Translations under genes and position numbers: made by a program
Notes under the pieces: model-generated
Told to the model about the DNA's origin: nothing
The model's database searches: none
What the model saw: the letters and a program-made list of their open reading frames with translations, nothing else
Assembly (NCBI GenBank): GCA_011109175.1
Contig: RDEW01000067.1
Location: forward strand, 62,001 to 126,000
Source of the DNA: Dicyema japonicum
Lineage: Eukaryota > Animalia > Dicyemida
Direction of reading: 5' to 3'
DNA: 64,000 nt
Shown here: positions 51,895-64,000 of the stretch, piece by piece
How the letters are laid out: each line of letters opens with the position of its first letter
Numbering within the stretch: position 1 is the stretch's first letter

Positions 51895-52380
51895 CCAGGC
51901 GGTCTTTGTAGTGACGTGACCGGAATGACCCGATAGGATAATCATCATTCCTTCGAAGCCAGGATACCTCTTGTCTGGAACATAACCTGTACCGACACAT
52001 TTGCCTCTTATAATCCTCTTCAGAGTGTTTCTGGATCATGTTTTGCCGCTAAGAAGGCCGAGAGGTTAAAAAGAAGAAAGTACGCGGTCTTATCTGAGGA
52101 TTTTTTTGTTTCTTCTGCTTGCTTTAGTCGGTTTTGTGAGGTAAGGCCCACTTCGATTAAGGTTGCTTCCTTTTTTATTTTGTCGTAAACAAAAATATCA
52201 GGTTTATTGAATTGGATTTTTTTATGTCATAATCGACGTGTCAACTCTGATTTCGACATTTTGATTCGTCAATATTGACTGAACCGAATTTCCTTTCAAT
52301 TTCCTGCTTCTTTTGATTCGATAATCGACAAAGATGAAGATGGATACACTTTACCACTTCATTATGTTTTCGGAAATAAT
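51895..52380. mobile_element. Adjacent RLE-LINE fragments: CRE-like (+, 51895-52115) and R4/NeSL-like endonuclease (-, 52120-52380)
   Basis: The + part matches 47230-47430; the - part encodes KPDIFVYDKIKKEATLIEVGLT (PD..D/ExK-type REL domain). Confidence 0.7.
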
Positions 52381-53539
52381 CACTTTTCAGCATTTTACCA
52401 CACTGAGTGGCCAAATGATCAACAGTTTTCCTGCTTTTTTACAATGGTTGCATGTTGATCCCGCCCATGCGAAAAACAAATTCCTATTTTGCAGAAAGCG
52501 GATAGCTGTTCTAACTTCTGCCGGAAACAAGAGTTCTTCCAGTTAACTTTTGAGGATGTTAAAAACGTCCAGCTAAACTGGTGTAAAAAAGAATTAGTCC
52601 TCATTCGTAAGGTCTTCGACAAATAGTAACGATAATGTCTGTAGTCTATCGTTGAAGTATCATAATACAAGAAAATATCTTTAACAATATTCAGCTCCAG
52701 TTTTATAATCACTTCCTGTGGGTTATGAACACTTCCTATTTCCAAGAATAATCTCGGTCTGGCCACATGATTCAAAAGTTGTAAAATACTAGAACAATCC
52801 CAGCATATCACCGCCATAGTGTGAAAAATGGTTAGGTTCCTCCAGACGTCAAAACTTCAACTCTAATTTCGCTAACCAGATCTGCTAGTAGTGGCTCGTA
52901 TCCATTGTTTTTGCAACATCCGTAGCTCGTATTCTTAACATTCAGTTCGCCATTGGAATAGGCTCTTGACATTCGGGTTACTTTCGAAGTTGAGGGAGCC
53001 ATCTCCTGAAGGTAATCTAAGAGGTCGTCCTCACTCACTCAGAAAGGGAGGTTCCTGAGGACAATTTCACACGGTCTTGTTAGGAGTGTTCTGAATTAGT
53101 GGTTGTCAGTTCCATAAAGACAGGTCTCATTTATGGCCTCAATATAGGTGGCCATGTGGGTATTGTCCTAAAAATCCAGTCGGTAGGATCCCGGTCCTCT
53201 GTGGCTCATCCTCAAAAATCCGTAATGGTCATAATATTGTAGAATATTCCTCAATCTTTATCGCACTTATAGTAGAATGAACTATGATCAATAGAGTCCT
53301 GTTGTCTATAAGATCAGCTTTCATTGGTTCGTCCGTAGGTTTGGACATTTCCGTGGGTCGTGTTTCGTAGGATCATTCGCAGGTTTAGCAGGTTCTGCAT
53401 TATACCGCGTCTTGTCGAAAAAAAATGACTCAGCTGTAGCACTTCCCGAGGACGAGAAGAGCTTCTGGCTTTCATTGTTGTGGCTTTCGCGGTCGTTTTT
53501 TTCCTCTAGCAATAACCATATTAATTTAATTGATTTGGA

Positions 53540-54550
53540 AAATTTTTTTCTACATCAAAGATTATGGAACGGATTGCATTCAAGAGATTGAATCGGTATA
53601 TAGAAGAAAGTAATTTTCTACGACCTTACCAATGGAGTTTTCGTCCGGGAAGATCGTGCGGATATTGTATTCACTCCTAAATTACGAAATTACAAATGCA
53701 TTTGAGAAGAAAAGTCAGTTGAGCCTTGTTTGCCTTGACATCTCGAAGGCGTTCGAAAGTGTATGGCACGAAGCCTTATTTTGTCAACTTGTACGATCAA
53801 AGATATCCAAACAAATGTTCCTATGATTGAAAGACTATTTGACTGGGAGGATTTCTTATGTGGTAGTCGGTGAAAGATATTCTGATGGTATATCGTTTAA
53901 AAGGGAAGTGCCGCAGGGATCTATTTTAAACCCTCTGTTATTCAACATATTTATGGAAGATTTTCCGTCGCCGCTAGACTTCAGGACCAAGCTGATGATA
54001 TACGCGGATGACATTTTAATCCGGGATTCGTCTTTGAGGGCATACCTTTCAGAGCGACGAGTAGGAGCTTTTGTCTACAAAGTCCGAGATTGGTGTGGTC
54101 GGAGAGCCCTGAGACTCTCCACGGAAAGATCCCGTTACTTAAGGATAACTGAAATACCTTATAATTGTAGTTGATGGGAAAGGATCATATCTGACGGACA
54201 TCGAAGAGCGGAGAAAGATGGCTGTGCAAGCATTGTTCTGCACTAGAAGCCTATTTGGATGGTGATACCATGCTTTTTGTTTTTGGGAAATTATTTTTCC
54301 AAACTTATCTATGAGAGCGAAGGATGGTTTTACAACCCCTCGATGGAGAGGATTCTCGCTAGACTTAAGAAAACAAGGCGAACGGCGATCAAACTATCCC
54401 TTGAGAGAAGAAACTGTACGATGGTATTACTGAGGAAGAGAACAAACTTGTCAGGCCAGTCAGGGAACATATTCAAAGCAGGATGTGCAAAGATGATTAA
54501 CAAGGAAAGGGGGTACTGGGATGCACAGTTCAGGCCAACTGGCTGACTGG
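53540..54550 (+). mobile_element. Jockey-like LINE RT fragment
   Basis: LDISKAFESVWH, VPQGSILNPLLFN, IYADD. Confidence 0.8.
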
Positions 54551-54585
54551 TAGTACTTATTCCGTAACCTGTTATTTTTTGGTCA

Positions 54586-55881
54586 TCAATACATATGAAC
54601 AAAAGAGTGTAGTGTTCTGCAGTAAATTTTATTTAATAAATATTTCTTCTGAGTGTCCTTGATGGACTTAATATCCATGCTTTCCCTGTCGGCAATTGCA
54701 TATTTAGAGGCAAGAAATCCTGCGATTGTAGCCAAGTGCCATTTTTTTGTTTTAATTACTCGCAGAATCCCCGACTTTCGCAAACACACAGTCGATTGTT
54801 TTTCCAAACATTTAAGGAATTGGAGGAGTATTAATTCGCTCTTAAACAAAATCGAATTAAATCCTCTTCCAAAAGTCTTCCTGTCCAAATACAGCCTCTT
54901 TTTGTTTGCAGGTTTGAGGTGCAACTTGATTGACGTAAGCAGTTGCCGTATTTGTTGCTCAATATCATCAAATTCATAAGGTTCAATATTAATTAGTCCA
55001 ATATAATAGTTAGAGGAAATTGAGTATTTACTTATTCCATAAAACAAGTTCGCAAAATTTAACTTAGTTTTTGAAAGCATGGTTATTCTCTCATTAACAT
55101 TTTCAAGTATGGACTCCATAACTTTGTTTTTAAGAATATTACTTCCCTCGACTCTTTCCAAGATCTCACAACATGATAACGATGTAACATTAGACTGACT
55201 TTTCCGAATTCATCTCCAAGCCGGCAACATGAAAGAAATCGGGAACAACTTTCATCATTTTAATAACAGTATCTTCTTTTCGCCCAAATATCGGTCATCA
55301 ATGAACAACAAATGATTTGTAGAATAAGCCACAGTATTAAGATCCTCCTTATTAATTTGGAGTCTTGGGAACATAGAGTTAAAGATCCTGCTCAATGGTT
55401 CCATAGCAAATAGTTGAGGGGATAATAAATCTCCTAGCAAAATTCCACGTCCCAGCTTTACAAAACCAATTCTTCTTCCATCTAAGTGGAGATGTACAGT
55501 CCACTTCTTGACTATGGTCTTTACAAAGTTAACAATCAAACGGGGTATTCCTGAACAATCCAATACATAAATAAAAATTCATTATCAACAGAAATCAAAG
55601 GCTTTATTCACATCAACCCAAGTATAATTAAGGGCGTTTCCATGCTCCTTTATTTAAGCATTGATTAATAAGGGCCTGTTCCTTAGCGCCCTCACACTGT
55701 TTCCTCGTTCCCAGCTGATTGTCAGTTCTAGTTCTGTTGACAGCTTTGTGATTCTCTTCTCAGCGTTCTCCAACCACGTACTCTGTGGCTTAACCTTCGC
55801 AGTTAAAGTAATATATGCACACTGTGCTGCATAAATAATATTGTTTATCTCATTAATATCTTGAGGAGGATTATCTTTCGT
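54586..55881 (-). mobile_element. R4/NeSL-like RLE-clade LINE RT fragment
   Basis: WVDVNKAFD, RGILLGDLLSPQLF, NHLLFIDD, RLYLDRKTFGRG. Confidence 0.8.
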
Positions 55882-56670
55882 TGTCAAAATATAAAATAAT
55901 CAATTATTGTCAAATATAAAAAATCAATTATGTCAAAATATAAAATAATCAATTATTGTCAAAATATAAAATAATCAATTATTGTCAAAATATAAAATAA
56001 TCAATTATTGTCAAAATATAAAAATAATCAATTATTGTCAATATAAAATAATCAATCAAGAAATATTCTTGCCTCGGGGATCGCTACCGATTTACTCCTG
56101 TTGCGACCGAATCATCGGGAGCCGTTGTCCAATGACGGCTGAATTCTTGCAAGAACTCGGAGGATTGCTTGCCAGAAAGAAAGGGATCAACGAGAAGGGT
56201 TAAGGCTAAGACAAAAGATTGGAATAGCCATACTCGAGGGAACTCGTTCGCAATCCACGCAGCAGGCTTCCTCAACTGACATTTGTTTAATTGTTAAAAA
56301 AAATCAATTATTGCCAAAATATAAAATAATCAATTATTGTCAAAATATAAAAATAATCAATTATTGTCAAAATATAAAATAATCAATCAAGAAATATTCT
56401 TGCCTCGGGGATCGCTACCGATTTACTCCTGTTGCGACCGAATCATCGGGAGCCGTTGGTCCAATGAAGGCTGAATTCTTGCAAGAACTCGGAGGATTGC
56501 TTGCCAGAAAGAAAAGGGATCAACGAGAAGGGTTATGGCTAAGACAAAAGATTGGAATAGCCATACTCCGAGGGAACTCGTTCGCAATCCACGCAGCAGG
56601 CTTCCTCAACTGACATTTGTTTAATTGTTAAAAAAATAATCAATTATTGTCAAAATATAAAATAATCAAT
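55882..56670 (+). repeat. 26-bp minisatellite (TGTCAAAATATAAAATAATCAATTAT) interleaved with two tandem CRE-like LINE 3' ends (331-bp period)
   Basis: About 7 units at 55882-56056; LINE ends start at 56057 and 56388; further units between and after them. Confidence 0.9.
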
Positions 56671-57067
56671 GATGTTAATACAGCAATATTATCCACACTT
56701 TGCAGGTTGTCTTCACCGTCAGTCTCGTTACAGTATTTTCAACAATGGTGTTGTAGCCCGGAATCCTCGATATCTCTGAAACACACTAACAGCACCTACA
56801 AAATAATAAAAGCTCAAATTTTTCTGTGGAAGAGTGAGGCGTTTGATTGTATAAAGACACAGCCTTTCGAAGTGCTTTATCCACTTTTCTTGTCATCCGA
56901 AACATCATTTTCGATAAACTCCGTGAGATGGTCTGATTGAATCTTTCAACAATCCCTTGACTCTGGGGATTGTTGGGTCGTCTATGAATTTGAATAATTC
57001 TGTACTCATGACAGTGTTTTTTGATATGGCAATTCTTGAACTCCGTGTCATTGTCTGATTGCAAGTA

Positions 57068-58661
57068 CAGTGCGACCCCGAATTGGGGAAACCCAAGTAG
57101 CGTGAAATTCCTCTTTTTTGGGAAAAACCTTGCTTTTGGCGAATTATTTTCGCCATCCTATAAAATACGATGATTTTTGAAGAAATAAACCCCCTACTGG
57201 GGAAAATTTTTATATTATCATAAACGATTCATTAATATTTTTCTATAATTTTTAATTTATTATTATTTACTTATTCTAACCTGTTTTACCATATTTATTT
57301 TCAATAAATTTGAACGATGTGATCGTCAGAGCTCTGAAGGCTACAGGCTTCCCAGCACAGCTTGAACCAGTGGGTCTTGATCGAGGAGATGGAAAGAGAC
57401 CTGACAGGATGACCCTTTTCCCCTTCACGTCTGGAAGATCTTTGGTCTGGGACGCAACTTGTGTAGACACGTTCTCAAGCACGAATATTTTCAAATTGGT
57501 TCAGACACCTGGAGCAGCTGCTTCGACTGCGGAGAACCTAAAAACAAAAAATATTCTTGCCTCGGTGATCGCTACCGATATACTCCTGTTGCGACCGAAT
57601 CATCGGGAGCAGTTGGTCCAATGAAGGCTGAGTTCTTGTGAGAACTCGGAGGATTGCTTGCCAGAAAGAAAAGGGATCAACGCGAAGGGTTATGGCAAAG
57701 ACAAAAGATTGGAATAGCCATACCCCGAGGGAACTCGTTCGCAATCCACGCAGCAGGCTTCCTGAACTGACATTTGTTTAATTGTTAAAAAATTATTTTG
57801 TTTAAAAATAAATAAATAAATTTGAAAACTAACTAACTTGGCTAGTTAGTTAACTAATTAACCCGGTAAGGAATAACTTTAAAACGAATAATTTAAAAAG
57901 CCTGGATGACAAAAAATATTTTTGAAAATTGGTTATCTCGATTTAACGAGGAAATGAGGAGAAAAGAAAAGATTATTAATTGACAATGCAATTCGTCATG
58001 CTGTTTCTGCAACCAATATTCAAACGTCGACGTAATACTTTTTTTTCTAAAAAACACAATTTTAATAATTCAGCCATGTGACCAAGGGATAATACAGGCA
58101 TTTAAGAATCATTTTAATAATTGGAAGATGAAAACGATTATCTATGATAAAAATCCTGTAGCTAAAATAGATAAAGCAATAATGGGAATCACAATATTAA
58201 AAGCTATTTCATGTTCGAGATTACAGTACGACATTACTTTGAAAAGGCTTTGGAATATGACTGTGGGAAAAAGAAGACACCGGAGAAAGTCTGATTGATT
58301 CGGATATTGTGGAAAATGCGATTTTGGAGAGCTTCTGGGATGATAATAGTAGTGATGAAGAGGGACTGCAGCGAAAATAAATTCTGGAACATTTGGATGA
58401 TCAACAAGTTACAAACAATGCGGAATGCGTATTCACGATGCTTCGGAAAATTCCTTATCTATACAGATTCAAAGCAAATATTATGAGTTCATGCGAAAAT
58501 TAACAGATTTTTTTTTTAAAAAATAAAAATTGAAATTATCCGTCTTGGTTATATTATTAAGGTAGGACATCGAACAGGGGAGACCCAAATTCAAGGAAAA
58601 TCCTTTTTTTGGGGAAAACCTCAAAATTGGGGAAAATTTTCCACAATTCGGGATCGCACTG
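57068..58661 (+). mobile_element. pogo/Tigger DNA transposon (deleted derivative) containing a CRE-like LINE 3' fragment (57305-57820)
   Basis: TIRs CAGTGCGACCCCGAATTG / CAGTGCGATCCCGAATTG (17/18); TA TSDs; IQPCDQGIIQAFK remnant; the nested fragment encodes GKRPD..LVWDATCVDT. Confidence 0.85.
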
Positions 58662-58763
58662 TATTTACAAGGCCGTGATCCATAAAAATTTTTTTTAATT
58701 TGTTGGCCACCTCTATTCCACTTTTTTTCAGTAGGTTCCAGGTGAATGCATATTTTGAATATA

Positions 58764-60143
58764 CAGTAAGTTTTTTTTTTTATAAATTACTAAAAATCCT
58801 AAGAAAATCAATTTTTTACGAAAACGATTTTTTGAATTTTGACTAATGTGTTGCACGTAAGAATGATGCAAAAACAATTGAAAAACATATAGTGTTCAAA
58901 GAAAGCTCGAGTTTTTCAATAAATGGCATGCTACAACAAATAACAATAAAAATTTCAAAAAATATTATTTCCGAATTTTAAAGCTTCAAGTACATGAATT
59001 AATTCTTTTAAGAATAAATTTGGAATAAAATCTCGTACTATATCAGGAGAAACAACAATTAGTCAATCCTATATTATTAAATGAAAGCCATGCTGACTTT
59101 TTATCGAAACTGTCATCCTATGATCTCAAATATGTGCTTAATTGCAACGAAACCGCATTGTTTTTTAAATGCTCGCCACGTTGACGTTACAATCCGAAGT
59201 AAGAGCATCAGGAAAGTTTTATAAGAACAAAATTACACTTATGTTGTGTACTAATTATTGGGGGATAAAATACACCTATTTATCATTGGAAAATCAAAAA
59301 ATCCTCGTTGGATGAAGAATTTGAATGTTGAAAAACTTCCGTTAACATATGGCAACAGCAAAAAAGCATGGATGAATTGTATTTTGTTTAAAATTTGGAT
59401 GAACAATCTTAATGAAAAAAATGAAAATCGAAACATTCTTCTTATGCCAGACTGTGCTCCTGTTTATTGTATTGATAAAAAATTCAGTAATATTGCTTTT
59501 TTCTTCATACCCGCTAATACCACCTCAAAAATACAACCTCTTGACCAGGGAATTATCAGATCATTTAAAGCGAAGTATTAAAACCTCCTGATGAGGAATA
59601 TTACGTTAACTGAAAGAGAAGATACAATTAACTTTCATGAAAAAATCAGAAGCTTTAAACTAGTTGATGCAATACCATTGATTATTGAAGCGTGGGATGA
59701 TAATTCAAGAACGACAGTGAGGAATTGCTTTGAAAAGGCATTTAACAATTAGGCAAAGCAGATAAATGATGACTCTACTATTAAGGAGGACTCTCCGGTT
59801 TCAGATGAAGATGAAAATTGTACCCAAAATTTGTCATCGTTGTTGCTGCAAATTTTTGGGTACAATTGAGTCTTGTAAAGATAAAGATCAAGAGATAAAA
59901 ATGATAAAGATATAGAGAAAATTGGTTTCTCTGATGCAATGTGTGCAATTAAGACTGGAAAAGTTTATTCTACAAATTCACCTTCAAATATACCAATTAT
60001 GGTAAATTACGAAATGTCATGCTAGATATTAAAAAGGAAAAAAACTTTTAATAACTGATTTTATGTGCAAAAATAAATAAATTCTAATTTTCGTTATTTT
60101 TATTTAACAAAAATTATTTTAAATTTTCGTTAAAAATCTACTG
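58764..60143 (+). mobile_element. Second pogo/Tigger transposon
   Basis: CAGTA termini flanked by TA; NCNETALF, IIGKSKNPR, KKAWMN, PANTTSKIQPLDQGIIRSFKAKY. Confidence 0.85.
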
Positions 60144-61784
60144 TATGTTTATTAAAGACAATAACCAAGAAAAATGATCATTTTGATTCTCAAATCTACA
60201 ATAATAACTAATAAAACTATAAACCTTCTAAGATCAATCAGATCAATTTGAAATTTCTCATTATGCAAATCAGTAACAATATGACTAAAATCGTCATATT
60301 GTTTGAGAGGCATTGAAAACTTGCAAACGTTCCAGTCTTTTACAACTTGACGAATAACAGTTCTTTTGATAACGCAAACTCTCCTACGACAAAGCGCATC
60401 CATAGCGTTATGTCACAGTGATTTGTATGGTGAATCTCCTGAGTAATAGTCATCAATTCTTCTTTATTAGTTAATTGTATCAAAAATTTGTGAAGTCCGT
60501 TAACAGCTTTCAAATAAAGCTTTTCATAAATAACATAAAATATTCAGATTTCTTTTTTATTCGGTACTTCATTTATCTCGCAATATTTACATCCTCGTCA
60601 ATCAGGATGTATTTTAGAAATTGGTTCTTTCATTATCCTTGAGAAAGTCTTATTACTGGAATCAGGTCAAAGTGACGAACTTTTCTAGCGTGGATTATTA
60701 TTTTTATATTCAATAAATAGTTAGCCAGACTAAAAAGTGGAGTAAATTTTTGATAAAATAATTTAATAATAATTATTACTAGGGATCCTCCCAAATCTCT
60801 GTTTCGCAGCATGAACTATCTCCGACACCCATGCAGCTTCAGAGACACAAGCAACATCTTCGATGATTGCCGAAAGAAACACAAATTGGTTGAGACAGCA
60901 TGATCACCAACATTCTGGTTTCGACAATAAGATTTCTCGTGACGTCATCTGTTCTCAGAGACGACTTTCATACTTTATCCTTTGGATCTCGACTTTACTT
61001 TTAAATACATGACTCAATTTTATGACTCTGCAGTCCTCCATTTACAGAATTGCTGTTACAACAACACCTAATCAGGATCACGGTGAATAAAAAAGACGAA
61101 TAATCGCGAAATTATAAATATGAATTTATTCGATAAAACAAAAGACTAGTTGTAAACAAACTCGAAGAAGGGTTGCCGTATTTAAAATAAGCTAAAACAT
61201 ATGCATCATTTACCACAAGGTCGTATCCATAATAAAAATATAAGCAAACTGGAAATTATACGTCATCTCGTCAGAAATTTCCTTCTCAGTGGAAAAGTTA
61301 AGAAGAATCCAGTTTGTTACTTAGGAGTTTTGCCTACAATTTGAATAACCTTCGAAAAGAGTGACTAAATAATAATTCTAATATTTTGATTCCAACCGAT
61401 ATAGCTGATGCAGTTTTTCTTAAAACATTCCAGTCTCTTGAGAAAAGATAGTGACTTCCTGCTTACTTCGATTTGTCTCGACTACCAGGTGGGACAAATT
61501 TAAAGTTAATTTATTCCAAAGATCAATGGTAAATCAATTTAACAATTCTTTGATCCTGAAACGTTCCAGCAGAACCCTCTGCTACATGATTCCAGAGGAC
61601 AATTTCAGAACTTGTCGCCTCGGAACGAAATTGTATCCCGGTAGAATGAATAGATGAACCTTTAGAATGCCTGCCAGGCATAGGGCATCTCTGAGTTAAG
61701 TAAACCCAATGACGCTCCCAGAGGGAAAGTAGAGAAATCTTTATTTAGTAAAACACGTGGCAACACATGACCGATTCAAATATT

Positions 61785-62950
61785 TATTTAATTAAAACCA
61801 AAAATCACCGACAAAATTAAGGGAATAAGTGGCTGACAGGTGATCTCTGCTCAATAAGCAGTCGTCTTATCCTTTCTAGGTGTTTCTCCGAGAACCGGCG
61901 CACATCCTGTATAAATGAGACACTTATTGAAATTTTGGAGGTTCAATTAGGCTCCCGTTCTCTCACAAGTTCCTCAAACGGAGTTGGCGTTAGTGGCGAG
62001 AGGAACTTTTGTAGGGCCCCTGGCAGTTTTATGGAAGACATTGAATTAAGTAAAAAAAGGTACCGAGTTTGTTAGTCTTCTATTTGAAGTAAAAATTACT
62101 GTGCTAGATTTTTTAGGCTTGTGTGAAACATGTTCCTCAAAAGCCAACAGCTCAGTTTGTCCTGTTAATCTTGTAAGCGCGTACCTGCTGTGTGACACAC
62201 TGTTCTCTTGTTGCCAGGATTATTTCGTCAGCATAAGTAAGGACCAGACTGCTGTACTGCTATGGGAAGCCATATCGCTCATAAAAAGGTTGAAGTGAAT
62301 TGGTGACAGTGGGGATCCTGTGGGACCCCATTTGGTAAAATTTACTGACAGAAAATGTAGAAAGTGAAATTATCTTTCCTTTTAGTCCGTTGAGAAAGTT
62401 TGTAAGCCAAATTTTAAAACTCTTTGGAAGTTAGAGTAAAAAGTGAGTGAATTCCTCGGAATCGAGTCAAAAGTCTTTTTTATGTCAGTGGAGCACATAA
62501 GGATATTTTATGCAAGGTTTCCAATGTAGGCCTTTCCTGATGAATTTCGTTAAGGATGTATGTTTTGTAGTTGTGGAGTGAGCCTTCTTAAAACCATGTT
62601 AAGGATACGTCCAGAAGGTAGTGTTTAATCTGATCGAGAATGAGCTTGTCCAGAATTTTAGAAGAGGCACACAGAAGAGATATTGGTCTGTAAGAGTACG
62701 GCGAGTCTTTCGGACGTCTGGTTTTTTAAATTGGTCGGATATCAGATAACATCCACAAAGTTGGATGGAATTCCTATTGACGGAGAAGTTAAAAATTCGG
62801 GTGAGGGTCATGACGGCATAAGAGCCTATCGTCTTTGATACTATTGTAGAAATTCCATCGCTAGATTTTGAATCGTCTTCCATACATCATCCATAGAAAA
62901 ACTATTTGTGGTTGCGTTACGTTTAGGTTTGATGGAAGAAATGGAAGAAC
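61785..62950 (-). mobile_element. LINE RT/3' fragment (family of 20780-24045)
   Basis: YRPISLLC, HGFKKAHSTT, GSHRIPTVT, LMSDM, YADE; tail CGGTGATTTTTGGTTTTAATTAAAT. Confidence 0.75.
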
Positions 62951-62991
62951 CTTCAATTTCTGATGAGGGATAAAACTCACTGAAGAATAAA

Positions 62992-64000
62992 CTATTATTA
63001 TTAATAGCACTTTCGAAGAACCAAAAAAGTAATTTATTTAATTAAGGTTCCGCTTGTGTTGTATTTTTCTTCAGGTTATTCTTTCTCCCAAAATTCTCTT
63101 AACTAACTTCCTCTATGCTCCACGGTTACTGGCGATTATTCTGAGCGTATCCAAATCGTTTCCTGTTTTCAGCTTTCGTCTTACATTGGTCAGATCCTTG
63201 TGTAGAACCTCTGGCAAAGTTATGCGATGTCTTCCATGGAACGAGGTATTCTGGGCAGAAATAGTTCTCCATTGCTATTTTAACAGGCGTCATCTGGCTC
63301 ATCCGAAGGATGTGACCAAATAGACGCCATCTTGATTCAAGGAATTCCAGACTCAATGGTCTTGTATTACATGCTTTGTATAGATTCTTGTTTGTAATTT
63401 TTTTGGTCAGGTGATGCCAAACAACAGTCGGAGTAGTGTACAATAGAAGGCATCTAGTTTGTCCATTACCGCTTGAGACTCCCCAGGTTGCAGCGTTGTA
63501 CATTAGGACCGGTTTCACGAATGCATTGTACAGTCTTACACGTAATTGTCTGCTAATTTGTTTACGATGATTCCAGACTACTCCCATTTTTTTAAAGGCC
63601 GCGAATCCAGACTACTCCGCGGCCAACATTTTCCTGTTAGTGATATCCTCAGCGTCTCCGAGCAACGACCCCGATTTTTTACAGTATCTCAATTTTTTAT
63701 CAATTCGGGTTAATTCATGGCGTATGGTAGTTATCTCCGTCTTTTCCGTATTGATTTTGATGAACCATTTTTCTAGCACATCTGGCATCCTTGTCCGTAT
63801 ATAGTTTAATGTTTACTCGTCGCTGGATATATAGTCGATATCATCTGCATAAATCACTTCAGTTAGTCTGAAGTCTCTGAGTGCCGCTTCCAGATATGTC
63901 ACAAAATGTACAGGTGACAAAGAGTCCCCTGCGGTACCCCGAACGTTGTCTCGAATGAGACAGACTCCAAATTTCCAAAACGTACACTTAGCTGCGTTGT
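62992..64000 (-). mobile_element. RTE LINE 3' half (family of 16270-20580); continues beyond the window
   Basis: QGDSLSP, IYADD, KKSGSLLGD, RLYNAFVKPVLMYNAATW, SRWRLFGHILRM; TAA tail. Confidence 0.9.

Larger units (their letters stand above)
56680..60700 (-). mobile_element. Ginger/rve-type DDE integrase split by two pogo insertions
   Basis: Rejoined pieces read EKFQIDLIDL..LLVIIVD / YSKYAF..KKSGIEVANKL..FMDHG / LQSDNDTEF..RPNNPQSQGIVERFNQTI..YNQTPHS. Confidence 0.8.

Noticed and set aside
55882-56670. 26-bp repeats as a CRISPR array
   Set aside because: Units are directly tandem without unique spacers, the context is eukaryotic, and there are no cas genes.
59816-59867. ~18-bp inverted repeat hairpin inside the pogo element
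   Set aside because: Best explained as a local template-switch inversion in a dead transposase; no other copies.

Overview
AT-rich, compact animal genomic DNA. Nearly every gene is split by 22-28 nt spliceosomal introns, which fragments the supplied ORF track. Tiny introns plus cilium/centriole genes fit a dicyemid mesozoan best (inference; a myxozoan is less likely). Reconstructed host genes: mitochondrial LeuRS (LARS2), a CCDC171-like coiled-coil protein, a GLUT/SLC2 transporter, the citrate carrier SLC25A1, a shortened CEP19, an MDH1B-like protein, a NEK6/7 kinase, a PIP5K homologue lacking both catalytic aspartates, two inverted ZYG11/ZER1-family paralogues and a cathepsin L pseudogene. 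Much of the rest is decayed, nested transposons (RTE and other APE-LINEs, CRE-like and R4/NeSL-like RLE-LINEs, hAT-Buster, pogo/Tigger, Ginger-like integrases). The most striking unexplained signal is a ~60-nt motif found at least 7-8 times. It folds into an HDV-ribozyme-type pseudoknot (P1-P2-P3-P4) with compensatory changes but a non-canonical core, and it lies inside ~300-bp SINE-like elements that share their 3' tail with a resident LINE family. All family assignments come from motif recognition by eye, not from database searches.
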